Shown: positions 30,253 through 40,053 of the stretch, in pieces
Numbering within the stretch: the stretch's first letter is position 1
How the letters are laid out: each line of letters opens with the position of its first letter
Program-made: the position numbers and the translations under genes
Source of the DNA: Bdellovibrionales bacterium
Lineage (GTDB): Bacteria; Bdellovibrionota; UBA1018; CAIMNF01
DNA: 64,000 nucleotides
Direction: 5' to 3'
Assembly (NCBI GenBank): GCA_040380025.1
Contig: JBEIJY010000005.1
Location: 39,397 to 103,396 of the forward strand
Notes under the pieces: generated by a model
Told to the model about the DNA's origin: nothing
What the model saw: only the letters and a program-made list of their open reading frames with translations
Database searches by the model: none

Positions 30253-31118
30253 TGCTTCACTCTTCTGTTTCTCCGATGACCCTGATTGCCGGCCCCTGCG
30301 TGATCGAAGACGAGGGTCTGGTCATGGAAGTGGCGACCGAACTGAAACGCCAGCTTCACGGGCTTCCGGTCCAGCTGTTCTTCAAGGCCTCGTTCGACAA
30401 GGCCAATCGGTCATCGATCGAGGGGTTCCGCGGACCGGGACTCGTCGAGGGCCTGAAGATCCTGAACCGCGTGAAGGAGCGCACGGGGCTTCCCCTCGTG
30501 ACCGACATCCACACGCCCGATCAGGCCGAAGAAGCGGCACGAAGCATTGATTTTTTGCAGATTCCCGCCTTTTTGTGCCGGCAGACCGATCTGATCGTGG
30601 CCGCAAGCGAGGCGGCCCTGCGCTGGAACCGCAAGCTCAATGTCAAAAAAGGGCAGTTTTTGGCTCCTTGGGACGCGAAGAACATCGTCGAGAAGGTCCG
30701 GGCGGTCGAAGCGCGCCACACGGGCCCGCACAAAAAGGTCGATCTGCACCTGACCGAGCGGGGCGTGAGCTTCGGGTACAACACCCTCGTCGTCGACATG
30801 ACCTCGTTTCAGACCATGGCGCGCTTCGGGGTTCCGACGATTTACGATGCCACGCACTCGATTCAGAGTCCGGGTGCGGGTCCGGGCGGAAAATCCACCG
30901 GCGGAAAGCGCGAGTACCTCGAAGTGCTCGCCCGTTCCGCGTTCGCTGCCGGTGCCGACGGCTTGTTCATGGAATGCCACCCGCGGCCCTCGATGGCAAA
31001 AAGTGACGGACCGAACGCGTTTTACCTCGAACATGTTGGTGCGTTTGTTCAGCAGATTCTCGAGTTCCGGAAGCTCGCGCAGACTTTTCCGAAGCTCCTT
31101 CCCGAGGCGCAGGCATGA
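30252..31118 (+). CDS. kdsA: KDO 8-phosphate synthase
   Basis: IAGPCVIE, FKASFDKANRSS, QIPAFLCRQTDL, KKGQFLAP, DATHS, KSDGPN; ATG overlaps pyrG stop. Confidence 0.97.
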   Translation: MLHSSVSPMTLIAGPCVIEDEGLVMEVATELKRQLHGLPVQLFFKASFDKANRSSIEGFRGPGLVEGLKILNRVKERTGLPLVTDIHTPDQAEEAARSIDFLQIPAFLCRQTDLIVAASEAALRWNRKLNVKKGQFLAPWDAKNIVEKVRAVEARHTGPHKKVDLHLTERGVSFGYNTLVVDMTSFQTMARFGVPTIYDATHSIQSPGAGPGGKSTGGKREYLEVLARSAFAAGADGLFMECHPRPSMAKSDGPNAFYLEHVGAFVQQILEFRKLAQTFPKLLPEAQA

Positions 31119-31639
31119 AGCTCCAGATCAGCGAAGCGGAATTCGAAGCGAAGCTCCGCGGCATCCGCATCCTGTTTTTGGATGTCGACGGGATTCTCAC
31201 CGACGGGTCGCTGTTCCATATCGAGGGACAGGGCTGGACTCGCCGCTACAACATCCATGACGGCTACGGAATCAAGGTGATTCAAAGGCTCGGGATTCCG
31301 GTCGGAATCGTCAGCGCCGGCCAATCGAACGATCTGAAGGAGCGCGTGAAGCTCCTGGGCATTCAGCATGTGGCGCTCGGAAGCGAAGACAAATTGAGCT
31401 CGATGAGGCAAATCCTCGCCGAAACCCAGCTCTCGCTCGAGCAGGCCTGCTTCATGGGCGATGAATGGTTCGACATCCCCGGACTGAAGGCCGTGTCGCT
31501 TGCGATCACCGTGCCCGAGGCGATTCCCGAAGTTCATGAGGTGGTTCATGCGGTCACGCGTCGTTCTTGCGGTCATGGAGCGGTCCGCGAGGTCATCGAC
31601 CGGATCCGCCTCGCACAAGGGTTGAGCTTTCCTTCGTGA
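31115..31639 (+). CDS. kdsC: KDO 8-phosphate phosphatase (HAD family)
   Basis: FLDVDGILTDG, DGYGI, FMGDEWFD, GHGAVREV. Confidence 0.93.
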   Translation: MKLQISEAEFEAKLRGIRILFLDVDGILTDGSLFHIEGQGWTRRYNIHDGYGIKVIQRLGIPVGIVSAGQSNDLKERVKLLGIQHVALGSEDKLSSMRQILAETQLSLEQACFMGDEWFDIPGLKAVSLAITVPEAIPEVHEVVHAVTRRSCGHGAVREVIDRIRLAQGLSFPS

Positions 31640-32454
31640 AGCGGATTTTTTTGTTCCTTCTGGCCGCGATCCTGATGTCCTGCGCGCCGGGGAGCGGCTG
31701 TGGCCCGAAGCTGAGCACGCTGAAGAAGCAGTATCCCCATGTTCTCTACCGGGGCCGTGAGAAGCCGCCCGAGGTCGTAATCCGTCCCGAGCCGCCTGCG
31801 CGCTGGACTCCCATCACGTCGATTCCAAAGATGGTCCGAGGGGCGATTTTGGTCTCGGAGGACTGGGCGTTTTATGATCATCCCGGGTATGACACCAAGC
31901 AAATCCAGGAGGCGATCCGCGAGAGTGTCGAGGCGGGGCGCCTGACCCGGGGCGCGAGCACGATCACCCAGCAAGTGGCGCGGAATCTCTACCTTTCGAA
32001 AGAAAAAAGCCTGATCCGGAAGGCGCGCGAGCTCTGGCTTGCGATGCGGATCGAGAAAGTGCTCGGAAAACAGCGGATTCTTGAAATCTATTTGAACATC
32101 GCCGAGATGGGCGAGGGCGTCTTCGGCATCGGTCAGGCCTCGGCGCATTATTTCGGCAAGCATCCCTCGCAGCTCCGGCCCAAAGAGGCGGCATTTCTGG
32201 CGATGCTTCTTCCTTCGCCCAAGCGCTACTCGGTCTCGCACCGCAAGGGCGCGCTGACTCCGTATGCGCGGAGAGTGATCCGTTCGATTCTGAACAAAAT
32301 GGTCATGGGGCATTATCTCTCGCCCGAAGATCGCGATCGCGAGTGGGCCACGCCCTTGCCTTTCGAGCGCAGTCCCGATGTCACCGTGCCTTCCGAAGAG
32401 GAGGCGCAAGACGAAGAGGCCACGCCAGAAGAGGAAGATTTGCAGTCCCCCTGA
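31636..32454 (+). CDS. mtgA: Monofunctional peptidoglycan transglycosylase
   Basis: SEDWAFYDHPGYD, RGASTITQQVARNLYL, RKARE, KQRILEIYLN; GTG overlaps kdsC stop; possible lipobox (LMSC). Confidence 0.88.
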   Translation: MKRIFLFLLAAILMSCAPGSGCGPKLSTLKKQYPHVLYRGREKPPEVVIRPEPPARWTPITSIPKMVRGAILVSEDWAFYDHPGYDTKQIQEAIRESVEAGRLTRGASTITQQVARNLYLSKEKSLIRKARELWLAMRIEKVLGKQRILEIYLNIAEMGEGVFGIGQASAHYFGKHPSQLRPKEAAFLAMLLPSPKRYSVSHRKGALTPYARRVIRSILNKMVMGHYLSPEDRDREWATPLPFERSPDVTVPSEEEAQDEEATPEEEDLQSP

Positions 32455-32475
32455 ATTTTTGTCACAATGCGGGAG

Positions 32476-33738
32476 ATGGAACAAAAACCCAGCTCCCGGG
32501 CTAAAAAGCGAATTCTGCTCCTTGGTCTGGTTCTGATTTCGATTGCGGGGTATCGCTACTGGAGCGGTGGCTCTGCCCAAACGGGCCCGGGCAAGCGCTC
32601 GCCCTTCGCACCGAAGCTCCTGAGCAAAGAAGAAATCCGCGATCAGATCCGCGAGGCTTCCAAGAATGATCTCTACCGCTTCCGGCTGAACGAGGTCCGG
32701 CTCCCGCGCTTTGAAGAGCCGGTGATCCTCGAATACTCGTTCGATCCCGAAATTCAAGAAATGGCCGAAGATCTGCTTTCGCGCTACAAGCCCGATCTGG
32801 GCGTGATGATTGCGATGGATGCCTCGACGGGACGGATCCTCGCCATGGCCGGAGAAAACCGCGTATTCGCCCTCGAAGGCAATCCCGCGCTCGAGGCGAC
32901 TTATCCCTCGGCCTCGGTGTTCAAGGTCGTGACTGCGGCGGCGGCGATCGAGGAGCAAAAGGCGAATCCACATACCCTGATCGCATTCTCGGGCCGGAAT
33001 CACACCCTGTACAAAAGCCAGGTCCTCTCGGAGCGGCTGGGCGGCTGGATGAGGCGGATCTCGCTCAAGGACGCCTTCGCCAAATCGATCAACACCGTCT
33101 TTGGAAGGCTTGCCGTGTTCGAGATCGGCAAGGCGCCGCTCAAGAGCTTTTCGAGCCGCTTCGCCTATGGCGAGCCGATCCCGGCGGAGTTCCCGATCGC
33201 GGTCTCCCGCGCCGCAAACCCCTCGAATTTGTTCGAGCTGGCCGAGATGGCCTCGGGTTACACGCAAGACAACGTCATGAGCCCGGTTCACGGCGCGATG
33301 ATCGCGGCCGCGGTCGCGAACGACGGGGTCATGATGCAGCCGTATTTTTTGAATGCGGCTTATTTAAAATCCGGAGAGGCGATCTACCGCGCCGAGCCCA
33401 CCGTGCAGAACCAGGTGATGACGGCCGGAACAGCAAAAGAGGTCCGCACCCTCATGCGCGAGACCGTTACGAGCGGGACTTCCAGAAAATCCTTTCGCGG
33501 CTTTTTTCGCGGTCGGTACAGCTCGGTCGAGATCGGGGGCAAAACCGGTCACCTGACCGACCGGAGCCTCGGCGGAAGCATCGACTGGTTCGTCGGCTAT
33601 GGCGAGTCGCACGGCCGCAAGATCTCGGTTTCGGTTCTGACCATGCACAAAAAGTTCTGGACCGTGAAGTCGGCCTATCTGGCGCGCCGAACGTTCGAGA
33701 CGGCCTTTTCGCCCAAGCCGGTCGCCAAGAATGAGTGA
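32476..33738 (+). CDS. Transpeptidase-domain penicillin-binding protein (no transglycosylase domain)
   Basis: N-terminal TM, SVFK (SxxK), SIN (SxN), GKTG; start 32467 or 32476. Confidence 0.85.
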   Translation: MEQKPSSRAKKRILLLGLVLISIAGYRYWSGGSAQTGPGKRSPFAPKLLSKEEIRDQIREASKNDLYRFRLNEVRLPRFEEPVILEYSFDPEIQEMAEDLLSRYKPDLGVMIAMDASTGRILAMAGENRVFALEGNPALEATYPSASVFKVVTAAAAIEEQKANPHTLIAFSGRNHTLYKSQVLSERLGGWMRRISLKDAFAKSINTVFGRLAVFEIGKAPLKSFSSRFAYGEPIPAEFPIAVSRAANPSNLFELAEMASGYTQDNVMSPVHGAMIAAAVANDGVMMQPYFLNAAYLKSGEAIYRAEPTVQNQVMTAGTAKEVRTLMRETVTSGTSRKSFRGFFRGRYSSVEIGGKTGHLTDRSLGGSIDWFVGYGESHGRKISVSVLTMHKKFWTVKSAYLARRTFETAFSPKPVAKNE

Positions 33739-33797
33739 TTTCAATCAAATCTGTTGATTTTCTTCCCCGCGCAGAACGGGCCTTGGGCGCAGTTCGG

Positions 33798-33826
33798 TTG
33801 AAATCCATACAAAAAAGTAGTATTTT
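33798..33826 (+). promoter_or_regulatory. Sigma70-type promoter of the isc genes with an overlapping imperfect palindrome
   Basis: TTGAAA-17-TATTTT; AAATCCATAC-A6-GTAGTATTT overlaps it. Confidence 0.45.
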
Positions 33827-33844
33827 TAAGCCTGAAGGATCCCC

Positions 33845-35020
33845 ATGATTTATCTCGATTCCCATTCCACCACCCCGATTGATCCGGGGGTGTTCGAGGC
33901 AATGAAGCCCTATTTTTTTGAGCGCTTCGGGAACGCCTCGCATGGCTTGCACCGCTTCAACTGGGAAGCGCAGGCGGGGGTGTCGCATGCGCGCGAGCAG
34001 ATCGCAAAGGCCTTGGGGGCTCACGAAAAAGAGATCCTCTTCACCGGCTCCGCCACCGAGGCGAACCACCTGGCCTTGCTCGGACTCGAATCGCACTTAA
34101 AAGAATCCAAGCGCACGCGCATCCTCTCGCTTCCGATCGAACACGCGTCGGTTCTGGGACCCTTGGAGCTCCTCTCCGAGCGGGGATTCACCATCGAATG
34201 GCTCGCCATAGATCGCTTCGGCCGGGTCGATCTCGCCGCGCTCGAATCGACCCTCGGGCCCGACGTGGGAATCGTGAGCATCGCGCTCGCAAATCACGAG
34301 GTGGGTACGATTCAAGATCTTCGCGCGATCGCCGATCGTGCGCACGCAAGGGGCGCATTCGTCCACACCGATGCCGTGCAGGCCCTGGGCAAAATTCCCT
34401 TCACCGCCGATTCGATCGGTGCCGATCTGATCACCGTGAGCGCGCATAAAATCCACGGCCCCAAAGGGGCGGGCGCCTTGTTTGTCAGACGAAAAAACCC
34501 GCGAGTGCCGCTGGAGCCGTTGTTCCTGGGCGGCGGGCAGGAGCGCGGGTTCCGCCCCGGCACTCCGAACACTCCGGCGATTGCGGGATTCGGCGCCGCG
34601 GTTGAAATCGCCCGCGAGCGACTCTCGGACGACGCAAAAACCGTCTCGGCGCTTCGCGATTTTTTGTGGGAAAGCTTGAGCACTGAGATTACCGGACTCC
34701 GGCGGAATTCGCCGCTCGAAGGGGTTCTTCCGAACAACCTGAATGTGAGCATCGAGGGAATCGACGGCGCGGCCTTGTTCGGGCGGCTCAGGACCGTGGC
34801 GGTTTCGAACGCATCGGCATGCCTGAATGGCACGAGCGATCATTCGCAGGTGCTGAAGGCCCTCGGAGTGCCGAAGGCGCTTGCGCGGGCGACCCTTCGC
34901 TTCGGGCTCAGCCGGTTCAATACCCGCGACGAGATCGTCCTCGCGGTGAACGAGATTTCAGAGGTGGTTCGGGAGCTCCGTCGGATGGAGCGCGAATTCG
35001 CCGAGCAGACAGGAACATGA
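33845..35020 (+). CDS. iscS: Cysteine desulfurase (IscS/NifS family)
   Basis: YLD...TTP, FGNAS, FTGSATEAN, HTDAVQA, SAHKIHGPKG, GGGQERG, SNASAC. Confidence 0.88.
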   Translation: MIYLDSHSTTPIDPGVFEAMKPYFFERFGNASHGLHRFNWEAQAGVSHAREQIAKALGAHEKEILFTGSATEANHLALLGLESHLKESKRTRILSLPIEHASVLGPLELLSERGFTIEWLAIDRFGRVDLAALESTLGPDVGIVSIALANHEVGTIQDLRAIADRAHARGAFVHTDAVQALGKIPFTADSIGADLITVSAHKIHGPKGAGALFVRRKNPRVPLEPLFLGGGQERGFRPGTPNTPAIAGFGAAVEIARERLSDDAKTVSALRDFLWESLSTEITGLRRNSPLEGVLPNNLNVSIEGIDGAALFGRLRTVAVSNASACLNGTSDHSQVLKALGVPKALARATLRFGLSRFNTRDEIVLAVNEISEVVRELRRMEREFAEQTGT

Positions 35021-35367
35021 AACAGGAAGACACGATTATGATCACCATGACCCAAAGTGCGATTTCAGAGATCAAACGGATTCAAGGCGCCGACCCTGCC
35101 CAAACGAACGCCCACCTTCGGGTGAAGGTCGTGGGCGGCGGATGCTCGGGAATGAGCTACAAGCTCGACTTCGAGACCATCCCGGCAAGCGAACACGATC
35201 GCGTGTTCGAGCAAGAGGGCGTGAGTCTGGTGATCGATAAAAAATCGCTGATTTACCTCTCGGGAACCGAGCTTGACTTCTCGGGCGGTTTGAACGGAAA
35301 AGGATTCGTGTTCAGCAATCCGAACGCCAAGAGGACTTGCGGATGCGGGTCCAGTTTTTCGACCTGA
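35017..35367 (+). CDS. iscA: Fe-S cluster assembly A-type carrier (HesB/IscA)
   Basis: GGGCSGMSY, NPNAKRTCGCGSSF; start 35017 or 35038. Confidence 0.9.
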   Translation: MKQEDTIMITMTQSAISEIKRIQGADPAQTNAHLRVKVVGGGCSGMSYKLDFETIPASEHDRVFEQEGVSLVIDKKSLIYLSGTELDFSGGLNGKGFVFSNPNAKRTCGCGSSFST

Positions 35368-35413
35368 TTCCAAGGCCCCCAAAACAGCCATTCAGCAAAA
35401 GGACCTCATAACT

Positions 35414-35707
35414 ATGCCAAAAGTGAAGTTTCTCCCCTCGGGAGTCGAAGTGAACGCGAATTCCGGAGACACGCTCCTCGATCTCGCGCTCTCCAACAAC
35501 GTATCGATTCAGCACGCCTGTGGCGGATTCTGCGCCTGCACGACCTGCCACTGCGAGGTGCTCGCCGGATCCGAGAATCTCGAAGCCCCCGATTCGGACG
35601 AGCTCGAACGGCTCGAAGTGCTCGAGAACCGCACCGGACACTCCCGCCTCGCCTGCCAGTCCAAGGTGAAGGGCGATGTGACCATCCGGGTGGTCAACTT
35701 CGACTGA
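35414..35707 (+). CDS. fdx: 2Fe-2S ferredoxin, ISC type
   Basis: HACGGFCACTTCH...SRLACQ. Confidence 0.92.
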   Translation: MPKVKFLPSGVEVNANSGDTLLDLALSNNVSIQHACGGFCACTTCHCEVLAGSENLEAPDSDELERLEVLENRTGHSRLACQSKVKGDVTIRVVNFD

Positions 35708-35726
35708 ATTGGCCCCAACCGCACCA

Positions 35727-36560
35727 TCAAAGAGTGCAGTTCGTGCCACTCCGCGGATCAAGAATATCCCGCAGGGAATCCCCCAAAAAATGGAATCCCA
35801 CCATGGTCACGAACAGCGCGGCCCCCGGAAACAGCATCAGGTGCGGATAGCTCTGGATTCCCCGGAATCCTTCATTTGCAAGCGTCCCCCAGCTCGCGTA
35901 GGGGGGCTGAAGCCCGAGGCCGATGAACGAAAGAAAACTCTCGGTCAGGATGTTGTTCGGAATCTGAAACGTGAGCGACACCACCATCGGTCCGATCAGG
36001 TTCGGCAGGATGTGCCGAAAGAGAATCGCCCGGTGGGTGAGCCCGATCGCAAACCCCGCTTCGACAAAGGGCATCTCGCGTGTTTGCAAGACCAGCCCCC
36101 GCACCAGCCGTGCGTGGGTCACCCAGGTGGTCATCCCGATCGAAAGAAAAATCCCGAAGAATCCGCGGCCCACCACCAGCGATAGCAGGATCGCGAGCAA
36201 CAGCATCGGAAAAATCGAGAACACATCGACCACACCCATCAAAATCCGGTCGGTCTTGCCGCCGAAGTAGCCGGCGAGGGCGCCTGTCAGCGTGCCCGTC
36301 ACCAGGGCAAAAATCGCGGTCAGAAATCCCACCGCGAGCGACACCCGCGCGCCGAACAAAATCCGGCTGAAGAGGTCGCGCCCGAGGACATCCGTTCCCA
36401 TCAGGAATTCGCGCGTGGGAGCCTCGAGGTTCCCTCCCGCTCCGACCGCATCATAAGGGTGGGGGGCGAGCGCGGGCGCAAAAAGGGCAAGAAGAGCAAG
36501 CCCACCCAGAATCAAAATGCTCGCCACAAAACGTTTGTCCCGCAGGAATCGAATCGTCAT
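35727..36560 (-). CDS. oppC: Peptide ABC transporter permease (OppC-like)
   Basis: GTDVLGRDLFSRILFGARVSL, FVEA, HILPN, ESFLSFIGLG; start at MTIRF overlaps the upstream stop. Confidence 0.88.
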   Translation of the reverse strand: MTIRFLRDKRFVASILILGGLALLALFAPALAPHPYDAVGAGGNLEAPTREFLMGTDVLGRDLFSRILFGARVSLAVGFLTAIFALVTGTLTGALAGYFGGKTDRILMGVVDVFSIFPMLLLAILLSLVVGRGFFGIFLSIGMTTWVTHARLVRGLVLQTREMPFVEAGFAIGLTHRAILFRHILPNLIGPMVVSLTFQIPNNILTESFLSFIGLGLQPPYASWGTLANEGFRGIQSYPHLMLFPGAALFVTMVGFHFLGDSLRDILDPRSGTNCTL

Positions 36561-37483
36561 CTCTGCTCCTCGATCCGGATCCGCGGGTCGATGATCCCGT
36601 AGGCAAGGTCGACCGCGAGGCTGCATGCGATCAAAATTCCGCCGTAAAAAAGCGTCATTCCCATCACCATCGGATAATCGCGATCGATCACCGAGGTGAT
36701 GAAGTATTGTCCGAGGCCCGGAATCTGATAAATCGTCTCGACCACATACGAGCCGGTCACGAGCGAGGCTGCGATCGGACCAAGCAGGGTGACGACCGGA
36801 ACCAGCGCATTCCGGAGCGCGTGCTTCAGGACCACCTGGCTCGTTCTGAGCCCCTTGCTGTGCGCGGTGCGAATGTAATCCGAATGGAGCACCTCGAGCA
36901 AGGTTGTCCGGGTCATGCGCGCGATCACCGCAAGCGGGCGCAAAGAGAGCGTGATCACGGGTAAGATCATCGACCGCCAGTCTTCCCAGAGTGCGGGCGG
37001 GAGCCACCCGAGGTGGCTCGAGAACAAGAGCACCAAAAGCGTCGCAACGAGGTAAGTCGGCAGGGTGATTCCTGAAACCGCAATGAACATCGCCGAGGCA
37101 TCAAGCAAGGTGCCGCGCTTCCACGCCGAAAGCACACCAAGCACAATCCCGACCAGGACCGAGAGCGCAAGAGCGATTCCGCCGAGCGCAAGCGAGGCCG
37201 GAGCCGCATCGGCGAGAATCTCGGTGACCGGCGTGCCGAGGTAGCGGAACGACTCGCGAAGGTCTCCGCGAAGCAAGTCAAACACCCATGTTCCGAACTG
37301 GGTCAGGAGGGGCTGATCGAGTCCGTAGCGGGCCTCAATATTGGCTTGGATTTCGGGAGGCCAGACCTTGTCGCCATCGAAGGGCCCGCCCGGCGCAAGC
37401 CGGAGCAAAAAGAAGGTCGCGACGACCAAGAACGAAAGGGTGAAGAAGGTTTGCCCGAGCCTTCGCAACAAAAAGGGAATCAT
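36557..37483 (-). CDS. oppB: Peptide ABC transporter permease (OppB-like)
   Basis: RLAPGGPF, YGLDQP, DYIRTAHSKGL, KHALRNAL, IPGLG, RDYP, IDPRI. Confidence 0.9.
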   Translation of the reverse strand: MIPFLLRRLGQTFFTLSFLVVATFFLLRLAPGGPFDGDKVWPPEIQANIEARYGLDQPLLTQFGTWVFDLLRGDLRESFRYLGTPVTEILADAAPASLALGGIALALSVLVGIVLGVLSAWKRGTLLDASAMFIAVSGITLPTYLVATLLVLLFSSHLGWLPPALWEDWRSMILPVITLSLRPLAVIARMTRTTLLEVLHSDYIRTAHSKGLRTSQVVLKHALRNALVPVVTLLGPIAASLVTGSYVVETIYQIPGLGQYFITSVIDRDYPMVMGMTLFYGGILIACSLAVDLAYGIIDPRIRIEEQR

Positions 37484-38409
37484 TCCTCGTCCTCCTCTTC
37501 GGTTTCGTCTTCCGACTCGCATGAACCGTCGAGCGAGGTATCAAGGAGGGGCGATTTCGGGTACCGGATCCAGCCCGATTGGACGGGGAACCCGCGGGGC
37601 GGGTTCACGCATTGGTTGCGATCATGCAAAAGAACCGTGAAGGCGCACAAAAACGCATCGAAAGCGTTCAGGTTCTGCGTGATCTTTTTCAGATCCCGCT
37701 CATAAATGAACAAATCGAGCGAGTCGCTCATGCGCTCGATGATCGACTCGCGGGCATGCACGCCCTCGTCGGGTTGCCGGTATTGCGCGATCGTGCGCGC
37801 GGGGATCTTCAGGGAATGCGAAAGAAGCGCCACTGTGAGTTTCGGCAGGACTTCATGCATCTCGTAGTCCGCAAGATGAATCCGCAAAAAGTGCATGCGC
37901 GCCGTGAGGGGGGCTTTGTTTCCGCCCAGAGTTTCGTCGAGGTCGAAGCGAAGCTTCGCCGGGATTCTCGGTAGAACCTCATGCCGGAGCCAAAGCTCCA
38001 CGGGGCGCTGGGTGTAGGGCGTGAAGAGATCTTTTGCGCGCGCGGTTCGTTTCGAGGTCGATTTTTGCAACGATCCCCGGCGGCGGGCCTGGAGGTTTCT
38101 CATCCATTTCACGGCGGGAACCACACAGGAGTGGGGGAGGGGGCAGGATTTTTTCGTGCAGGTGATGCACGGGGGCAGCACGAGCGGAACATTGATGCCC
38201 ATCTTCAGGTGCGGATGTTCATCGGCATGATCGCGGATCGTTTCGATCAGTGCCTCATCCGAGCTGGTGTGGGCGTCGGCGCCGATTCCGGGATGCACAT
38301 CGAGCAAGAACACCTTGCCCTCTTTCGGGTAATGTTCGAGGACGGCGATCGTGGTCTTTGCGTTTTTCGCTCCCGAGAGCTCCAGCCCGAGATACCGCTT
38401 CTGGCTCAT
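37480..38409 (-). CDS. DUF429-like (RNase H-fold) protein with a Cys cluster
   Basis: YLGLELSG, GINVPL, CITC...CP...C, EVLP, FDAFLCA; start/stop overlaps with both neighbours. Confidence 0.6.
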   Translation of the reverse strand: MSQKRYLGLELSGAKNAKTTIAVLEHYPKEGKVFLLDVHPGIGADAHTSSDEALIETIRDHADEHPHLKMGINVPLVLPPCITCTKKSCPLPHSCVVPAVKWMRNLQARRRGSLQKSTSKRTARAKDLFTPYTQRPVELWLRHEVLPRIPAKLRFDLDETLGGNKAPLTARMHFLRIHLADYEMHEVLPKLTVALLSHSLKIPARTIAQYRQPDEGVHARESIIERMSDSLDLFIYERDLKKITQNLNAFDAFLCAFTVLLHDRNQCVNPPRGFPVQSGWIRYPKSPLLDTSLDGSCESEDETEEEDEE

Positions 38410-39485
38410 GTCCGGACCGTGAGCCCGTGGGGAACCGCTTCGAACGGAAGCGCCCGGATGTCGGGGGAGCGCAGAACCGCCGCGCGGACCTTTTCTTTCA
38501 GATCGGGATTGTGCTCGGGAAGCAGAATGAAGAAGCATCCGCCCCCGCCCGCGCCACAAACCTTGAAGGCAAGGGGAGTGATCTGGCGAGCCCGCTCATA
38601 CGCCTCATCCATTCCCGGGGTGCTGATGCCGGGAGCGAGGGTTTTCCGGATCTCCCACTCTTCCCGGATCGCCCCGACTGCGCCCGCAAAATCCTGTGCG
38701 AGGAGCGCCTGTTCGAGGTTCTTCGTCGCCTCGACGATTCCGCGGAATTTGCGATCCACTTCCCCGTCGCGGTCGATGAGCCCCTTGAAGAGCTGCCAGT
38801 TGTTGATGCCCGAATTCCGTGACTTGCCCGAGTAAAACAAAAGCGTGCGAGCTTCGAGCGCACGGAGGGTTTCGACAGGCAGGGTTTTTCGAGAGTTTTT
38901 TGCGATCTCCCAGGCAAGAACCTGAAGCCCGCCGAACGCCGCTCCGTAGTAATCCTGAAGGCCGGCGGGTCCGTGCAGAACCTGACTTTCGACATCGCGG
39001 GTGAGCGAGATCAAAAATTCACCGTCTTTTTCGAGGTCCAGCGGAGTCCTCGGGTTCGCCCACTTGAAGAGCGCGCCGATGATCGAGATCGAAAGCGCCG
39101 AAGATCCGCCTAGGCCCGCCCCTGACGGGCTTTTCGCCTCGGTGCGAAGATGGAGCGCGAGCGCGCGCGGATTCGGATGATTCTTTGCAAAATACCGAAG
39201 GAGCCGCACGGGAAGATCGAGCTCGGGGATCGTCGTGGTTTTCGGGTCCAGGATCTGCTCCCAGGTGAAGTCCTGCGCTTTCGCCAGATCGACCGATTCC
39301 ATCCGGACGGACGGATTCCGGGAGGGCTCCGATTCGAGGGTGGTCTTGGCGAACAGATTGATTCCGAAGTTGATGGTTTTCGGAGCGTCCAGAAACAGAT
39401 ACAGCGGCCAGATGTCGACCGTTCCGCCTGCGAGGTCGATCCGGACCGGTGCCGTTGATTCAATGGTCATTTTTTCGGTGCTCAT
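38406..39485 (-). CDS. GHMP-family sugar kinase (HddA-like)
   Basis: APVRIDLAGG, PSGAGLGGSS, GLQDYY, KVCGAGGGG. Confidence 0.85.
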   Translation of the reverse strand: MSTEKMTIESTAPVRIDLAGGTVDIWPLYLFLDAPKTINFGINLFAKTTLESEPSRNPSVRMESVDLAKAQDFTWEQILDPKTTTIPELDLPVRLLRYFAKNHPNPRALALHLRTEAKSPSGAGLGGSSALSISIIGALFKWANPRTPLDLEKDGEFLISLTRDVESQVLHGPAGLQDYYGAAFGGLQVLAWEIAKNSRKTLPVETLRALEARTLLFYSGKSRNSGINNWQLFKGLIDRDGEVDRKFRGIVEATKNLEQALLAQDFAGAVGAIREEWEIRKTLAPGISTPGMDEAYERARQITPLAFKVCGAGGGGCFFILLPEHNPDLKEKVRAAVLRSPDIRALPFEAVPHGLTVRT

Positions 39486-39510
39486 GAGCCTTCACCCCTT
39501 TGTCGCGAGT

Positions 39511-40053
39511 TCAACCTTCCAGGACACCGATGTACGGAAGTCCCCGGAACTTCTCGGCGTAATCCAGGCCATAGCCTATCACGAACTTGTCGGGAATTTC
39601 GAATCCGATGTGATCGATCTTGAGTCCTTTGGCCTCCAGCCGGGCCGGCTTGAAGAGAAGGGCGACAGTCTTGAGCGACGCGGGCTTCTTGGCCTTGAGC
39701 GTGTCGATCAAAAACCGGAGCGTGAGCCCCGTATCGACAATATCTTCGACGAGCACGACGTGCCGGCCGTTCAGGGGCTCGTTCAGATCGAGGGTGACCT
39801 TCACTTCACCCGTGGAGCGGGTTTGGTTCCCGTAGCTCGAAACACCCAAAAATTCGCAATTCACGGGCATGGTGAGGAGCCGCACCAGATCGCTGAAGAA
39901 CACGATGCTCCCCTTCAGGGTGCAGATCACCGTGAGTTCCTTGCCCGCATACTCGCGGTTCAGGAGGTCGGCCAGTTCCTGCGTCCGGGCCCGGATTTGT
40001 GCGGCAGAAAGAAAACAAGGCGGCTCGAAAAATACCGGTTCGGGTTCAGACAT
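39511..40053 (-). CDS. hpt: Hypoxanthine phosphoribosyltransferase
   Basis: LKGS, VSSYG, LVEDIVDTGLTL, FVIGYGLDY. Confidence 0.96.
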   Translation of the reverse strand: MSEPEPVFFEPPCFLSAAQIRARTQELADLLNREYAGKELTVICTLKGSIVFFSDLVRLLTMPVNCEFLGVSSYGNQTRSTGEVKVTLDLNEPLNGRHVVLVEDIVDTGLTLRFLIDTLKAKKPASLKTVALLFKPARLEAKGLKIDHIGFEIPDKFVIGYGLDYAEKFRGLPYIGVLEG

